A DNA stretch of 38,088 bases from a bacterium (lineage in GTDB: Bacteria > Hinthialibacterota > Hinthialibacteria > Hinthialibacterales > Hinthialibacteraceae): NCBI GenBank assembly GCA_041946805.1, contig JBHGBC010000048.1, positions 1-38,088 on the forward strand, in the 5' to 3' direction. The notes below the pieces were generated by a model, which was not told the origin of the DNA, did no database searches, and worked only from the letters and a program-made list of their open reading frames with translations. Every line of letters begins with the position of its first letter. Position 1 is the stretch's first letter. Made by a program: the position numbers and the translations under genes. Below, in pieces: positions 19,745 through 29,105 of the stretch.

Positions 19745-22700
19745 AATATTCATGCTTCCCAAAACCGAGTAAGGCCGGAGGGCTTCCCGGCCGCCTGATC
19801 GCGCTGGCCTTGCTGACCGGCATGGGAATTTCCGGATTCGCCGACGGGCCCTCCCAGCTGATCGGGGGCGACCTGACCCAGGACGGCCTCGCGGAATTGG
19901 TGGTGATGGATGAAAGCGGTCTGGGGCTCGTGCTGGTGAACCAAGGCAACGGCCAGCTGACGCCCGCCCAGAAATTCTATTCTCAAGGGACCTCCACCGG
20001 CCCCCTGGCCATCGCCGACCTGACCGGTGACGGCCGGAATGATCTCGTGCTGCTGTATCCGGCCGAGGCGGGGATCGAATCCATCCCGGGGCCGGACCTG
20101 GACCAGAACGCCTCCCTGCTTCTTTCGGGATTGGGCGTGGACGCGCAAGCGCTGGCCGTGCGGCCGTCCCCGCCTTCTCTCGCCGCGGTGGGCCTGGCGG
20201 GGATTCCCAAGATCTCGTTGATACAGCCGGACGCCCAGGGAACCGCGTTAAGCATGACCGGGGAAAATCCGGCCGATGCCTCCGTGCGCGGATTGGTCTG
20301 GGCGGACATCGACGGCGATCAAGCGGAAGAACTCATCGCGTTGCTCCGGGGCAACGGGACCGTGGTCAACGCGTACCAGGGACTCCCGGCGCAGTGGGAC
20401 CTGATTCCGCTGGCGGCCTTGACGGACGTGCAGGCCGATGAAATCCAAGCCGGGAATCTCAACGCCGACGGCTTCTTGGATTTCCTGCTGTGGTCCTCCG
20501 CACCGGACGCGGTAGGTTTGCTGGGCTCCGCCGGCGGCACATTCCAGGCCCAGGCCATCCCGCTGGCCGAATCCAACAAAAAGAAGACAGGAGATGTGAA
20601 CCAGGATGGCCTGATGGATATCCTGGTCATCACCCCGGCGCATGAATTAACGGTTTACCTCAATCAGGGAAATCTAGCTTTTCAAGCCATACCGGTCACG
20701 GGTCTGACCGGCCAGGTCATGGACGTGGCGCTGGGGAATTTCGTGAGTCCCGCCAGCCTCGACCTGGTGGTCTGGACGGTGGACGGATCGAATCCGTACC
20801 GGATAGATCTATATCAATACGCCGGCGGGAACTTCACCAAGACCGGGGAGATTGAAATCCCCAATCTTGGCACGGACAACTCGATATATCAAAACGTGTT
20901 CATCTACAAGAAATCCGACGCCGCGGCCGGCTATTTCTATCCCTACCGGTCATTTTTCGTGAATGATTGGACGACCGGAGCGGATGTAATCCTGGCGGAT
21001 GGCAGCGTGAAGATCCAACGGGAGATCCTGCAAAATGGTTTGCTGGTCTCCGCCCCGCCGGTGACCCTCACCGGATTGAATTTCTTACCCAATCCCGCCG
21101 ATTTCGAGGCGCACGTCAACCAATTCAACGCCGAGCAATCGGAGTTCGCCTTCGGACAGCCGATTCTGCCCCGCTCCGTGCCGTTGACCGCCGCGCCACC
21201 CGCGGGCGCATACAACAGTACGATCATAGTAACGCCCAGTTCCGCCGCGGGGGCCACGATCTACTATCGCCTGAACGGCGGCGGCTGGCAGACCTATACC
21301 CCCGGAACCACCGAGATCATCCTGTATCAGAATGCCATTGTGGACTTCCACGCGATGCTGGGGACCGATGTCAGTCCCATGCTCACGATGAATTACACCA
21401 TCGAGCAAGATCCCTCCGCGGATTCCGACAGCGACGGGATCCCAGACGCCTTGGAAGGGAGCTTCGGCCTGCCTATCTTCTCGTCCACCAAGGACTATGA
21501 CGGGGACGGTTGGGATGACTTCGACGAGCTGGTTCGTCAGTCAGATCCCAAGGACAAAACCAGCATGCCCGCGGACACCGACCAAGACAGCTGGAGCGAT
21601 TTCGACGAGGGCGCCCGGCAGACGAACCCCAACGATCCCTTGTCCTTCCCCGCCGCTCCGGGAACCACGCCGGGCGAATATCTGTTGACCGTCAATTCAG
21701 CGATAAAACTCACCAAGGACGAGCAGGCGGACCATGTCAGCGAAGACTCGTTCCTGGGCGTGTGGAATCTGATCAACAACCAGGTGGCCTCCGCCACCTT
21801 GACCGCTTCCCAATGGACGCTGCGGCTGCCCGGCCCCGAGCCGTTGATCCTGCGGGCGCGGGAAAAATCCGCGAATACCTTGACGGTATCCTTGTATAGT
21901 TCCAGTTACATCCCATGTTGGGATCCCCCCGCGCTGTACGATGGAAAACAGACCGATAATGAATGGTTGGATCTGGTTCGCCAACAAGTCACACAGCAGG
22001 TTTTAACCAGCCGTAACGAATCCTTCACCACCCCGGCCGTGGCGGCCACGCTGGCTTTCGAACTCTGGGTGATCCAGCACGGATCCCTGCCCGGCCCCAT
22101 CGTCTGGGGATCTGATTTCCAGGCCTTGACCCAGGACGCGCTCAATAACCTGAGGATCGAATACGACTTGGACGCGGTGTACGGATACATGCTCACCAGC
22201 CTGCCCGAGGCTCATGCGTGGACCAGTCTCGTGAGCCAACTCCTCGAGTGGTCCCGGAACAATCCGCCCGCGCAAGATGTGGATCTCACCCTGCAACAGC
22301 TCGCCCTGGGCATCCCCGTGGATCCGTCCCTGCTGCCGCCCTCGGTGACGCCGGACGCCATCAACCAGGCCGTGGCGGATTTGGGGACCGTGCTGGCCAA
22401 CGCGCCTTCCAAGCGGGTGGAGTTGACCGGGACGTTGATCACCGAAAACGGGAAGACGCTGCTGGATACCGGGAGCGAAAAATGGCCGCTGGATTTCGGC
22501 GGCGTGAACATCGTCACCGGATCGCAGGTCACCATCCGGGGCATCCAGGAAACGGATTGCTCCACCGGAAGCGATCTCATCGTACGGGTGACGGAAACCG
22601 TCAACTATCAACCCATTTTGGCTTTGAACAATTCAGATTCCGACGGCGACGGTTTGCCTGACCAGTGGGAAGCCTTCTACTTCGCTCGGACCGACGCCAA

Positions 22701-24069
22701 ACCTGGCGAGGACCCGGACGGCGACGGCGCCGACAATCTCTCCGAATTCCAGGCGTACACCCATCCCTTGAACAACGCTTCCAAGCCCACGGGCGCGCCA
22801 ACTCCGACACCCACGCCGATCATCACTCCGCCGCCCACGGCGACACCGACGCTGACCGCCACCCCGACGCTGCCGCCGGCGGCGACTCCCACGCCGACGC
22901 CGACACCGACGCTGACACCCACCATCCCGGCGGGCGGCTTCCCCAAATCCCTGCCCGTGGCGCAGTACGCGTTTTCCGAAGCGGACCTGGGCTCCGCGGG
23001 ATTCGCGGAGATTCCCGGCGGTTTCCTCAGTTTCCCCACCGGCGAATCGTCGTTGGGAGTCGTTCCCGTGCAACCCGGCTCCACGGCCAGCGATGGTCAA
23101 GGATTGCGGTTCATCTGCGACCCCGGCGAAGTGCAGATGGTCCAATCCCTGCCGGTTACTAATGTAGGACCCAATCCGGTGTTGATCCGGTGTGCAGTGC
23201 AGGCCACCTCGGGCGGCGGGCAATTCGCGCTGGCGGCCATCGACGGCTCGTTCGACGGCTCGGCGTCCGCCTTGATTCCCCACGACACGCAATACATGGC
23301 CAACGCGTACAAACGTGTGGCATTGATCTACGATCCCACATCGTCGGATACCATCTCAGTGATCATGCAGTTGTACAATCCATCCACCGCCATCGATCCC
23401 GTGACCGTGTATGTGGACAATCTCGAGATTATCCCCCTGCTGCCGGGCACCGCCATCGAACCGAACGACATTCTGATCAACGGCGGCGATGTAAATTCGG
23501 ATCCCCTGCCGGTGCTGCCCAAGCCCACGCCGGTCCACGTGTACACCTTCGCCCAGGGCATGGTGGAAGCCGCGGGCTTCGCGCAAGTGCCGGGCGGCTT
23601 CCTGGCGGGATCCACACCGGGGCTTTCGGTGATCAGCAGTATTCCGCTCGGTTGGACCTCCCCCTCGGTGGACAACCGGGGTGTGTTGTTTACCTGCAAT
23701 CCCGGCGAGATCCAATTGATCATGGCCAGCCCGGCCATCGGAGTGGGCCAGCAACCCACGCTCATCCGGATGACGGCCCGGGCGGACAGCGGGGAGGGAT
23801 CCTTCGCCCTGGCGGCGCTGGATGGCAGCCTGGACGGCTCGATCGTGTATGACATCCCGGCCAGCACAGCGTACATGACCGGTGGATTTACCCAGGTCTC
23901 GGTGCTGTACGAACCCACGAAGACGGACAGCGCCGTGGTGGTCTTGCAGCTGGCGGTTCCCGCCACCGCCGCGGGACCGGTGTCGGTCTACGTGGACCAG
24001 ATCGAGGTCATTCCCTTCGTCCCCGGCACCCTGCTGGAGGCGTCGGATTTGGCCACCCGGCCCCAGTAA
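19741..24069 (+). CDS. Secreted multidomain protein: FG-GAP/VCBS repeats, Fn3-associated (chitobiase C-terminal-like) domain, DxDxDG Ca-binding repeats, Pro/Thr linker, duplicated C-terminal domain
   Basis: 1442 aa with a signal peptide. FG-GAP units GDLTQDGLAELVV, ADLTGDGRNDLVL, ADIDGDQAEELIA, GNLNADGFLDFLL and GDVNQDGLMDILV. PPAGAY..ATIYYRLNG domain. TSP3-like DSDSDGIPD, DYDGDGWDDFDE, DSDGDGLPDQWE and DPDGDGADNLSE. PTPTPT linker, then two homologous ~175 aa domains. Confidence 0.88.
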   Translation: MKYSCFPKPSKAGGLPGRLIALALLTGMGISGFADGPSQLIGGDLTQDGLAELVVMDESGLGLVLVNQGNGQLTPAQKFYSQGTSTGPLAIADLTGDGRNDLVLLYPAEAGIESIPGPDLDQNASLLLSGLGVDAQALAVRPSPPSLAAVGLAGIPKISLIQPDAQGTALSMTGENPADASVRGLVWADIDGDQAEELIALLRGNGTVVNAYQGLPAQWDLIPLAALTDVQADEIQAGNLNADGFLDFLLWSSAPDAVGLLGSAGGTFQAQAIPLAESNKKKTGDVNQDGLMDILVITPAHELTVYLNQGNLAFQAIPVTGLTGQVMDVALGNFVSPASLDLVVWTVDGSNPYRIDLYQYAGGNFTKTGEIEIPNLGTDNSIYQNVFIYKKSDAAAGYFYPYRSFFVNDWTTGADVILADGSVKIQREILQNGLLVSAPPVTLTGLNFLPNPADFEAHVNQFNAEQSEFAFGQPILPRSVPLTAAPPAGAYNSTIIVTPSSAAGATIYYRLNGGGWQTYTPGTTEIILYQNAIVDFHAMLGTDVSPMLTMNYTIEQDPSADSDSDGIPDALEGSFGLPIFSSTKDYDGDGWDDFDELVRQSDPKDKTSMPADTDQDSWSDFDEGARQTNPNDPLSFPAAPGTTPGEYLLTVNSAIKLTKDEQADHVSEDSFLGVWNLINNQVASATLTASQWTLRLPGPEPLILRAREKSANTLTVSLYSSSYIPCWDPPALYDGKQTDNEWLDLVRQQVTQQVLTSRNESFTTPAVAATLAFELWVIQHGSLPGPIVWGSDFQALTQDALNNLRIEYDLDAVYGYMLTSLPEAHAWTSLVSQLLEWSRNNPPAQDVDLTLQQLALGIPVDPSLLPPSVTPDAINQAVADLGTVLANAPSKRVELTGTLITENGKTLLDTGSEKWPLDFGGVNIVTGSQVTIRGIQETDCSTGSDLIVRVTETVNYQPILALNNSDSDGDGLPDQWEAFYFARTDAKPGEDPDGDGADNLSEFQAYTHPLNNASKPTGAPTPTPTPIITPPPTATPTLTATPTLPPAATPTPTPTPTLTPTIPAGGFPKSLPVAQYAFSEADLGSAGFAEIPGGFLSFPTGESSLGVVPVQPGSTASDGQGLRFICDPGEVQMVQSLPVTNVGPNPVLIRCAVQATSGGGQFALAAIDGSFDGSASALIPHDTQYMANAYKRVALIYDPTSSDTISVIMQLYNPSTAIDPVTVYVDNLEIIPLLPGTAIEPNDILINGGDVNSDPLPVLPKPTPVHVYTFAQGMVEAAGFAQVPGGFLAGSTPGLSVISSIPLGWTSPSVDNRGVLFTCNPGEIQLIMASPAIGVGQQPTLIRMTARADSGEGSFALAALDGSLDGSIVYDIPASTAYMTGGFTQVSVLYEPTKTDSAVVVLQLAVPATAAGPVSVYVDQIEVIPFVPGTLLEASDLATRPQ
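22951..24050 (+). repeat. Intragenic tandem duplication of a ~175 aa domain
   Basis: Copy 1 (~22951-23470) and copy 2 (~23527-24050) align by eye almost without gaps: AGFAEIPGGFL/AGFAQVPGGFL, FICDPGEVQ/FTCNPGEIQ, FALAAIDGSFDGS/FALAALDGSLDGS, VYVDNLEIIP/VYVDQIEVIP. Confidence 0.9.
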
Positions 24070-24125
24070 ACCATCGAACAGACAGAACGAATCCAATCGT
24101 TCCGAATCCTGTCGTGGAAAAAGCA

Positions 24126-24161
24126 CCGGGGCGGACTCCGAAAGTCCGCCCCGGATTTTTT
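24126..24161 (+). terminator. Rho-independent terminator of the three-gene block (possibly bidirectional)
   Basis: 12-bp stem CCGGGGCGGACT-ccgaa-AGTCCGCCCCGG followed by ATTTTTT, between convergent genes. A short A-run lies just upstream. Confidence 0.85.
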
Positions 24162-24180
24162 CATCTGGAGGAAAGGGATC

Positions 24181-24669
24181 TTACTTGTTTTCCACCTTCT
24201 TCAGGATCCGGGCGGGATTGCCGGCCACGACGGTGTTGGGCGGGACGTCCTTGGTCACCACGCTGCCCGCGCCCACGATGGCGTTCTCTCCGACGGTGAT
24301 CCCGCAGAGAAGGGTGGCGCTGGAACCAATGGACGCGCCCTTCTTGATCCGGGTGGGCTCGCAGATCCAATCCGCCTCGGTCTGCAACTGGCCGTCCGGA
24401 TTGGTGGACCGGGGATAGCGGTCGTTGATGAAGGTCACGTTGTGGCCGATGAAGACATTGTCCTCGATCGTCACGCCCTCGCAGATAAACGTGTGGCTGG
24501 AAATCTTGCAGTTTTTGCCGATTACCGCGCCCTTCTGGATCTCCACAAAAGTACCGATCTTGCTGTGGTCGCCGATCTCGCACCCGTACAGGTTGACGAA
24601 ATCGAAGATCTTCACATCCTTGCCTAACTTTACACTGTCCGCGATTTTTTGGAATCGGGTTTCCGCCAT
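24181..24669 (-). CDS. Hexapeptide-repeat sugar acyltransferase (WxcM/WbpD-like)
   Basis: 162 aa left-handed beta-helix repeats with NCKISSHTFICEGVTIED, FINDRYPR and GAGSVVTKDVP..VVAGNPA. Confidence 0.88.
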   Translation of the reverse strand: MAETRFQKIADSVKLGKDVKIFDFVNLYGCEIGDHSKIGTFVEIQKGAVIGKNCKISSHTFICEGVTIEDNVFIGHNVTFINDRYPRSTNPDGQLQTEADWICEPTRIKKGASIGSSATLLCGITVGENAIVGAGSVVTKDVPPNTVVAGNPARILKKVENK

Positions 24670-24714
24670 GGTCTCACGATCCTTCCCGGGGAATGATAAT
24701 GGTGACTCGACTCG

Positions 24715-25917
24715 TTACGCTTGGCCCAGCGCCAGCGCGTAGGCTTCATATAACCTTTGCTTGGAATGGTCCCACGACAGGTTTTCCTGGATCCGCTGCC
24801 GGCCGATTTCTCCGAGCCGCTTGCGCAACTCGGGGGAATCCATTAACTGGGCGATTTTCCGGGCGAAATCTTTTTCATCGTTGGACGCGGCGTACAGGGA
24901 GGACTCCCCCGCGGACACCCGGGTCTCTTTCAAATCATACGAAACGATGGGCTTGCCCACGGCCATGTACTCCAACGTCTTGTTCATGGTGGAGATGTCG
25001 TTCAAGGGGGTGTGGGGATCGGGGCACACGCAGATGTCGGCGGTGCAGAGCGCTTCCACCACCTCGGCGTCGGGCACCCGGCCGGTGAAGGTCACCACGG
25101 AATCGATCTTCAGTTCCTTGGCGTAATTTCTCAGGTTGTCGAGCTCGGTGCCGCCCCCCATGATCATGAGGTGAAAATCCTGGCGCTTCAGGTCATGCAG
25201 GAGGTAAGCCGCCGAGCGCAGCAGGTAATCGACGCCGTCCTGGCTGCCCATGGTGCCGATGTAATAAATCAGGCAGGGCTTGCCCCGCCGCAGGGCGGGA
25301 TTCTCGGGTACGGTCTTGATGCGTTGCGGATCGGGGCCGTTGCGCACGATCACGATGCGGTTTTCGGGCACCTGGCCGCGCTTCATGGCGACCGCCTTGT
25401 ACGATTCGTTGGTCGAGATCACCACGTCGGCGGTCTTGAAAGTCATCCGCTCGAAGAAGAGCAGCACCTTGTGGACGATATTGGATTCCTGACTCTTCCG
25501 CTTGGTCAGGTAGGTTTCGGGGGAAAGATCATGATGGTCGAAAATCAGCCGTTTGCCCAGCACCTTATACGGCAGCGCCACCAGGAAGAGCAGGTCGGGG
25601 GGATTGCAGGTTTGGATCACGTCGAATCCCTCCCTCAAGAACACCCGCGCGCACAGGAACGACATCTTGAGCAAGGCTTGGGCGAATTCGAAGAGATAGG
25701 CCGCGAACCCTTCCCCCGCCTCCCACGCGTTGTAGCGGTAGATGGAGACGTTCTGGACGGTCTCGTGGGCGGCGGTGTCGAATTTTTTCCCTTTCGGACA
25801 GATCACGCGGACCCGATACCCCTTTTCGGTCAGTGCCATGGCCTCGCGCCACACGCGCTGATCAAACGGCACGGACAGGTTTTCGACCAGGATGAGCACT
25901 CTACCAGCTGATTCCAC
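24715..25917 (-). CDS. Glycosyltransferase family 4 (GT-B)
   Basis: VLILVENLSVPFDQRVWREA, NPPD, FDHHDLSPE and TMNKTLEYMAVGKPIV motifs. True start probably GTG at 25917 (AAGGAG upstream) rather than 26007. Confidence 0.9.
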   Translation of the reverse strand: MESAGRVLILVENLSVPFDQRVWREAMALTEKGYRVRVICPKGKKFDTAAHETVQNVSIYRYNAWEAGEGFAAYLFEFAQALLKMSFLCARVFLREGFDVIQTCNPPDLLFLVALPYKVLGKRLIFDHHDLSPETYLTKRKSQESNIVHKVLLFFERMTFKTADVVISTNESYKAVAMKRGQVPENRIVIVRNGPDPQRIKTVPENPALRRGKPCLIYYIGTMGSQDGVDYLLRSAAYLLHDLKRQDFHLMIMGGGTELDNLRNYAKELKIDSVVTFTGRVPDAEVVEALCTADICVCPDPHTPLNDISTMNKTLEYMAVGKPIVSYDLKETRVSAGESSLYAASNDEKDFARKIAQLMDSPELRKRLGEIGRQRIQENLSWDHSKQRLYEAYALALGQA

Positions 25918-27211
25918 AGTACGCTCCTTGATATGCGCTGAGGTCCCCGTTGATCCGGACCAGATCAACGAACCGTTTTTCCGGATAGCGCTGGGGCAGA
26001 TCCACAAATTCCGGATTTTTATGGGAAATGACGATCAAGTCGGTTTCCTGAATCACCGATTCCAGGTTGTCGGAGATGTACTCGGAGATGTGGGGGATCT
26101 TGGCCATGATGTATTCCTTGTTGGCCCCCACGATCTTGGAGAGGTGGACGTTCTTGTCGTAGATCCTGATGTCATACCCCTTGCCGAGCATCGCCTCGAC
26201 GAACTCGACGATGGGGCTGTGCCGGAGATCATCGGTCCCCGGCTTGAAGCTGAGCCCCAGCACGCCGACGCGCTTGACGTTCTGTTCCGTGACGAGTTCG
26301 ACGAGGCGCTTTTTTTGATTTTCGTTGCTGATCTCGATCGCGTTGATGACCGGCGTCAAGACATAATGGTCATGGGCGATCGTCTTCAGCGCGGAGAGGT
26401 CCTTGGGCAGGCAGGAGCCCCCGTAGGCGAATCCCGGCTTGAGGTAATAGGGCGAGAGATTCAGTTTCTTGTCTTCGCAGAACAAATCCATGACTTCGTG
26501 GGAATCGATCCCCAGGGACTTGCAGATGCTCCCGATCTCGTTGGCGAACGAGACCTTGAGGGCATGGAAACTGTTGTTCACCATCTTGATCATCTCGGCC
26601 GCTGGGATGGAAACCCGGCGGAGCGGAGCCTGGACATTTTTGTAGAGGTCCTCCATGACCGCAAAGGCCTGGTCCGACGAGGTTCCGATGACCGTGCAGG
26701 GCGGATTGTAGAAATCGTGGACCGCCGTCCCTTCCCGCAGAAACTCGGGATTGGAGACGACCTCGAAATCGGTCCCGCGCTTCTTGCCGGACTTTTCCTC
26801 GATGATCCGGCCCACCTTCTCGTTGGTTCCCGGCAAGACGGTGCTGCGGATCACCACCACATGATAGCGCCGGGCCGCGGCCAGGCCTTCGCCGATGTTT
26901 TCGGCCACATGGCCGATGCCGCTCAGATCGAGGTGGCCGTGCTTGTTGTTGGGTGTCCCCACGCAAATGATCGAGATGTCGGTGTCCGGGATCGTGTTCC
27001 GGAAATCGCGGGTGGCATGGATATTCCCCGCCTCCCAAGCCGCTTTGATCATCCGGTCCAGGTCTTTTTCGATGATGGTGGGCAGCCCGCGGTTGATCAG
27101 GCCGATCTTGTAGTCGTTGATGTCGATGCAGTTGATCCGGTGGCCTTCCTGGCCGAAACAGGCCACGGACACGCAGCCGACATACCCCAAGCCAAAAACG
27201 TTAATAATCAT
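25901..27211 (-). CDS. UDP-glucose/GDP-mannose 6-dehydrogenase family protein
   Basis: Rossmann GLGYVG, ICVGTP, RSTVLPGT, NPEFLREG, catalytic YGGSCLPKD and GLSFKPGTDDLRHSP. Resembles the AlgD/GMD branch, but the substrate cannot be determined. Confidence 0.93.
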   Translation of the reverse strand: MIINVFGLGYVGCVSVACFGQEGHRINCIDINDYKIGLINRGLPTIIEKDLDRMIKAAWEAGNIHATRDFRNTIPDTDISIICVGTPNNKHGHLDLSGIGHVAENIGEGLAAARRYHVVVIRSTVLPGTNEKVGRIIEEKSGKKRGTDFEVVSNPEFLREGTAVHDFYNPPCTVIGTSSDQAFAVMEDLYKNVQAPLRRVSIPAAEMIKMVNNSFHALKVSFANEIGSICKSLGIDSHEVMDLFCEDKKLNLSPYYLKPGFAYGGSCLPKDLSALKTIAHDHYVLTPVINAIEISNENQKKRLVELVTEQNVKRVGVLGLSFKPGTDDLRHSPIVEFVEAMLGKGYDIRIYDKNVHLSKIVGANKEYIMAKIPHISEYISDNLESVIQETDLIVISHKNPEFVDLPQRYPEKRFVDLVRINGDLSAYQGAYCGISW

Positions 27212-29105
27212 TGGAGGAACTCCACTGGCTGGATTTATAGAAATGCTCGTACCACATCTCCAGGGTCAACAAGGAAAAGAGGGCGCGCTTGTAATCTTCC
27301 CGGCCGCTGTGGTGGTCTTCGATCATCTTGAGAACGGTTTTCTTATTGAAATAAATACTGGACAGGGAATCGTTGGACAGCATCTTGTCGCTGATGTAAA
27401 CCCGCATTTCCTGCCGGAACCAATCGTTGACCGGCGTGGTGAAGCCGATCTTTTTGCGGGCCAGCACGTGGGGCGGCACCCACTTGGCCACCGCCTTTTT
27501 GAGAATGTATTTCTGCGTGAAGCCCTTGATCTTGTACTGGGGGGGAATGCTTTCCACGAATTGCATCAGGTCGAGGTCCAGGAAGGGAACCCGCGCCTCG
27601 AGGGAAACCGCCATGGACAACTTGTCCCCGTACATCAACAGGTTGTCGGCCAGCGAGAAACGGGAATCGATATACAACAGCTGGCTCAGGTGATCCAGGT
27701 GCGCGACATCCGCCATCCATTGCCGGAAGACATCGCAGCCATGGTTCACCACCCTCTCCTCCACCTCCTTCAAGTACAGTTTCTGGCGCAGGGAGGAGTG
27801 AAAGATGGAATGGACCCGGTGGAAGCGCGTCAGCGTGTCGGGGATGTTCAAGGACCGGACCGCCCGTTTGAGCCGCTCGTTGCGGGGCAGCTTTTCCACG
27901 ACCGGCGCGATGACATAATTGCGCAAGGCCTGCGGAAGGGAACGGTAATAAGATCCCCAGCGCTCGCCGAAATGGCGCAGATAACCGGCGAACGGCTCGT
28001 CGGCGCCCTGCCCGGTCAGCACGACCTTGACATGTTGCCGGGCCAGTTCACAGACTTTGTAGAACGCCACCGTGGAGGCGGTGGCGATGGGCTCTTCCAA
28101 GTGCCACATGGACTTGGGCATGAAGTCGGCGTATTCCTCGGCGGAGATGGCGATGTCATGGTGATGGCTGCCGATGCGCTGGGAGGCCTCGCGGGCGTGG
28201 ACCAGTTCGTTTTCATCGAAATCGTTGGAAAAGCCGACCGTAAAGGTCTGCAGCGGACCGCCGGTGATCTCGGTGGCGATTTGCGACACGGTGGACGAAT
28301 CCACGCCCCCGCTGAGCATCACGCCCAAGGGAACGTCGGACATCAATTGCCGTTCCACCGCCGCGTAGATCTTGTTCCGCAGTTCCTCCATGATCTCGCG
28401 TTCGGAAACACCGTTCAGAAGGATGGGCGGTTTGCGGTAAAAATAATACGGCTCTTCCAGCCGCCGGCCGCAGCGCAACGCGTACCCGGGATACAGTTTC
28501 TTGATCCCCGTGAAGATCGTGCGCGGCGAGGGGATGAAGGAAAACGTCAGGAATTCATCCAACGATTGCGGATCGATTTCGCGCCGCACCTTGGGATGAC
28601 ACAGAATGGCCTTGATTTCGGAGGCGAACAGCAGCGACTTGCCGTCGTCCCAATAATACAAGGGTTTCACCCCGTACGGATCCCGCGCCAGGACCAGGGC
28701 TTGCGACTTCCCGTCCCAGAGGGCGAAGGCGTACATGCCATTGAGACGCTGGAAGGAATCCATCCCCCATTGTTCGTAGGCGTGGATGATGACTTCCGTG
28801 TCCGTCTTGGTTTTAAATGTGTGACCGTGCGCTTGCAGTTCGTGGCGGAGATCCTGGTAGTTGTAGATCTCGCCATTGAAGACAATCCAGACCGTGCCGT
28901 CTTCATTGCCGATCGGTTGATGTCCGGTGTTCAAGTCGATGATGGATAACCGGCGGTGCCCCAGACCCAAGCCGGCCGCTTCGTCGTAATAGAATCCCTC
29001 GTCATCGGGCCCCCGATGCTGGAGGAAGTCATTCATCCGTTGCAGCAGCCGCTTGTTCACCGATGCACGATCGTGGTAATGAAAGACACCACTAATACCG
29101 CACAT
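27201..29105 (-). CDS. asnB: Asparagine synthase (glutamine-hydrolysing) family amidotransferase, glycan-cluster type
   Basis: N-terminal MCGI nucleophile, HRGPD, HRRLSIIDL, FNGEIYN, LSGGVDSS, GQGADE and EARVPFLD. Confidence 0.92.
   Translation of the reverse strand: MCGISGVFHYHDRASVNKRLLQRMNDFLQHRGPDDEGFYYDEAAGLGLGHRRLSIIDLNTGHQPIGNEDGTVWIVFNGEIYNYQDLRHELQAHGHTFKTKTDTEVIIHAYEQWGMDSFQRLNGMYAFALWDGKSQALVLARDPYGVKPLYYWDDGKSLLFASEIKAILCHPKVRREIDPQSLDEFLTFSFIPSPRTIFTGIKKLYPGYALRCGRRLEEPYYFYRKPPILLNGVSEREIMEELRNKIYAAVERQLMSDVPLGVMLSGGVDSSTVSQIATEITGGPLQTFTVGFSNDFDENELVHAREASQRIGSHHHDIAISAEEYADFMPKSMWHLEEPIATASTVAFYKVCELARQHVKVVLTGQGADEPFAGYLRHFGERWGSYYRSLPQALRNYVIAPVVEKLPRNERLKRAVRSLNIPDTLTRFHRVHSIFHSSLRQKLYLKEVEERVVNHGCDVFRQWMADVAHLDHLSQLLYIDSRFSLADNLLMYGDKLSMAVSLEARVPFLDLDLMQFVESIPPQYKIKGFTQKYILKKAVAKWVPPHVLARKKIGFTTPVNDWFRQEMRVYISDKMLSNDSLSSIYFNKKTVLKMIEDHHSGREDYKRALFSLLTLEMWYEHFYKSSQWSSSNDY

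Noticed and set aside
11636..24069. Assigning the giant block to T5SS/two-partner secretion, Tc/RHS toxin, contractile injection system or phage tail
   Set aside because: No autotransporter barrel, POTRA, RHS/YD repeats, sheath, tube, baseplate or VgrG motifs are visible, and all three proteins carry Sec-type signal peptides.
25918..26007. N-terminal extension of the GT4 given by the ORF track
   Set aside because: It overlaps the dehydrogenase by more than 100 bp. GTG at 25917 has an AAGGAG RBS and sits just before the first conserved strand.
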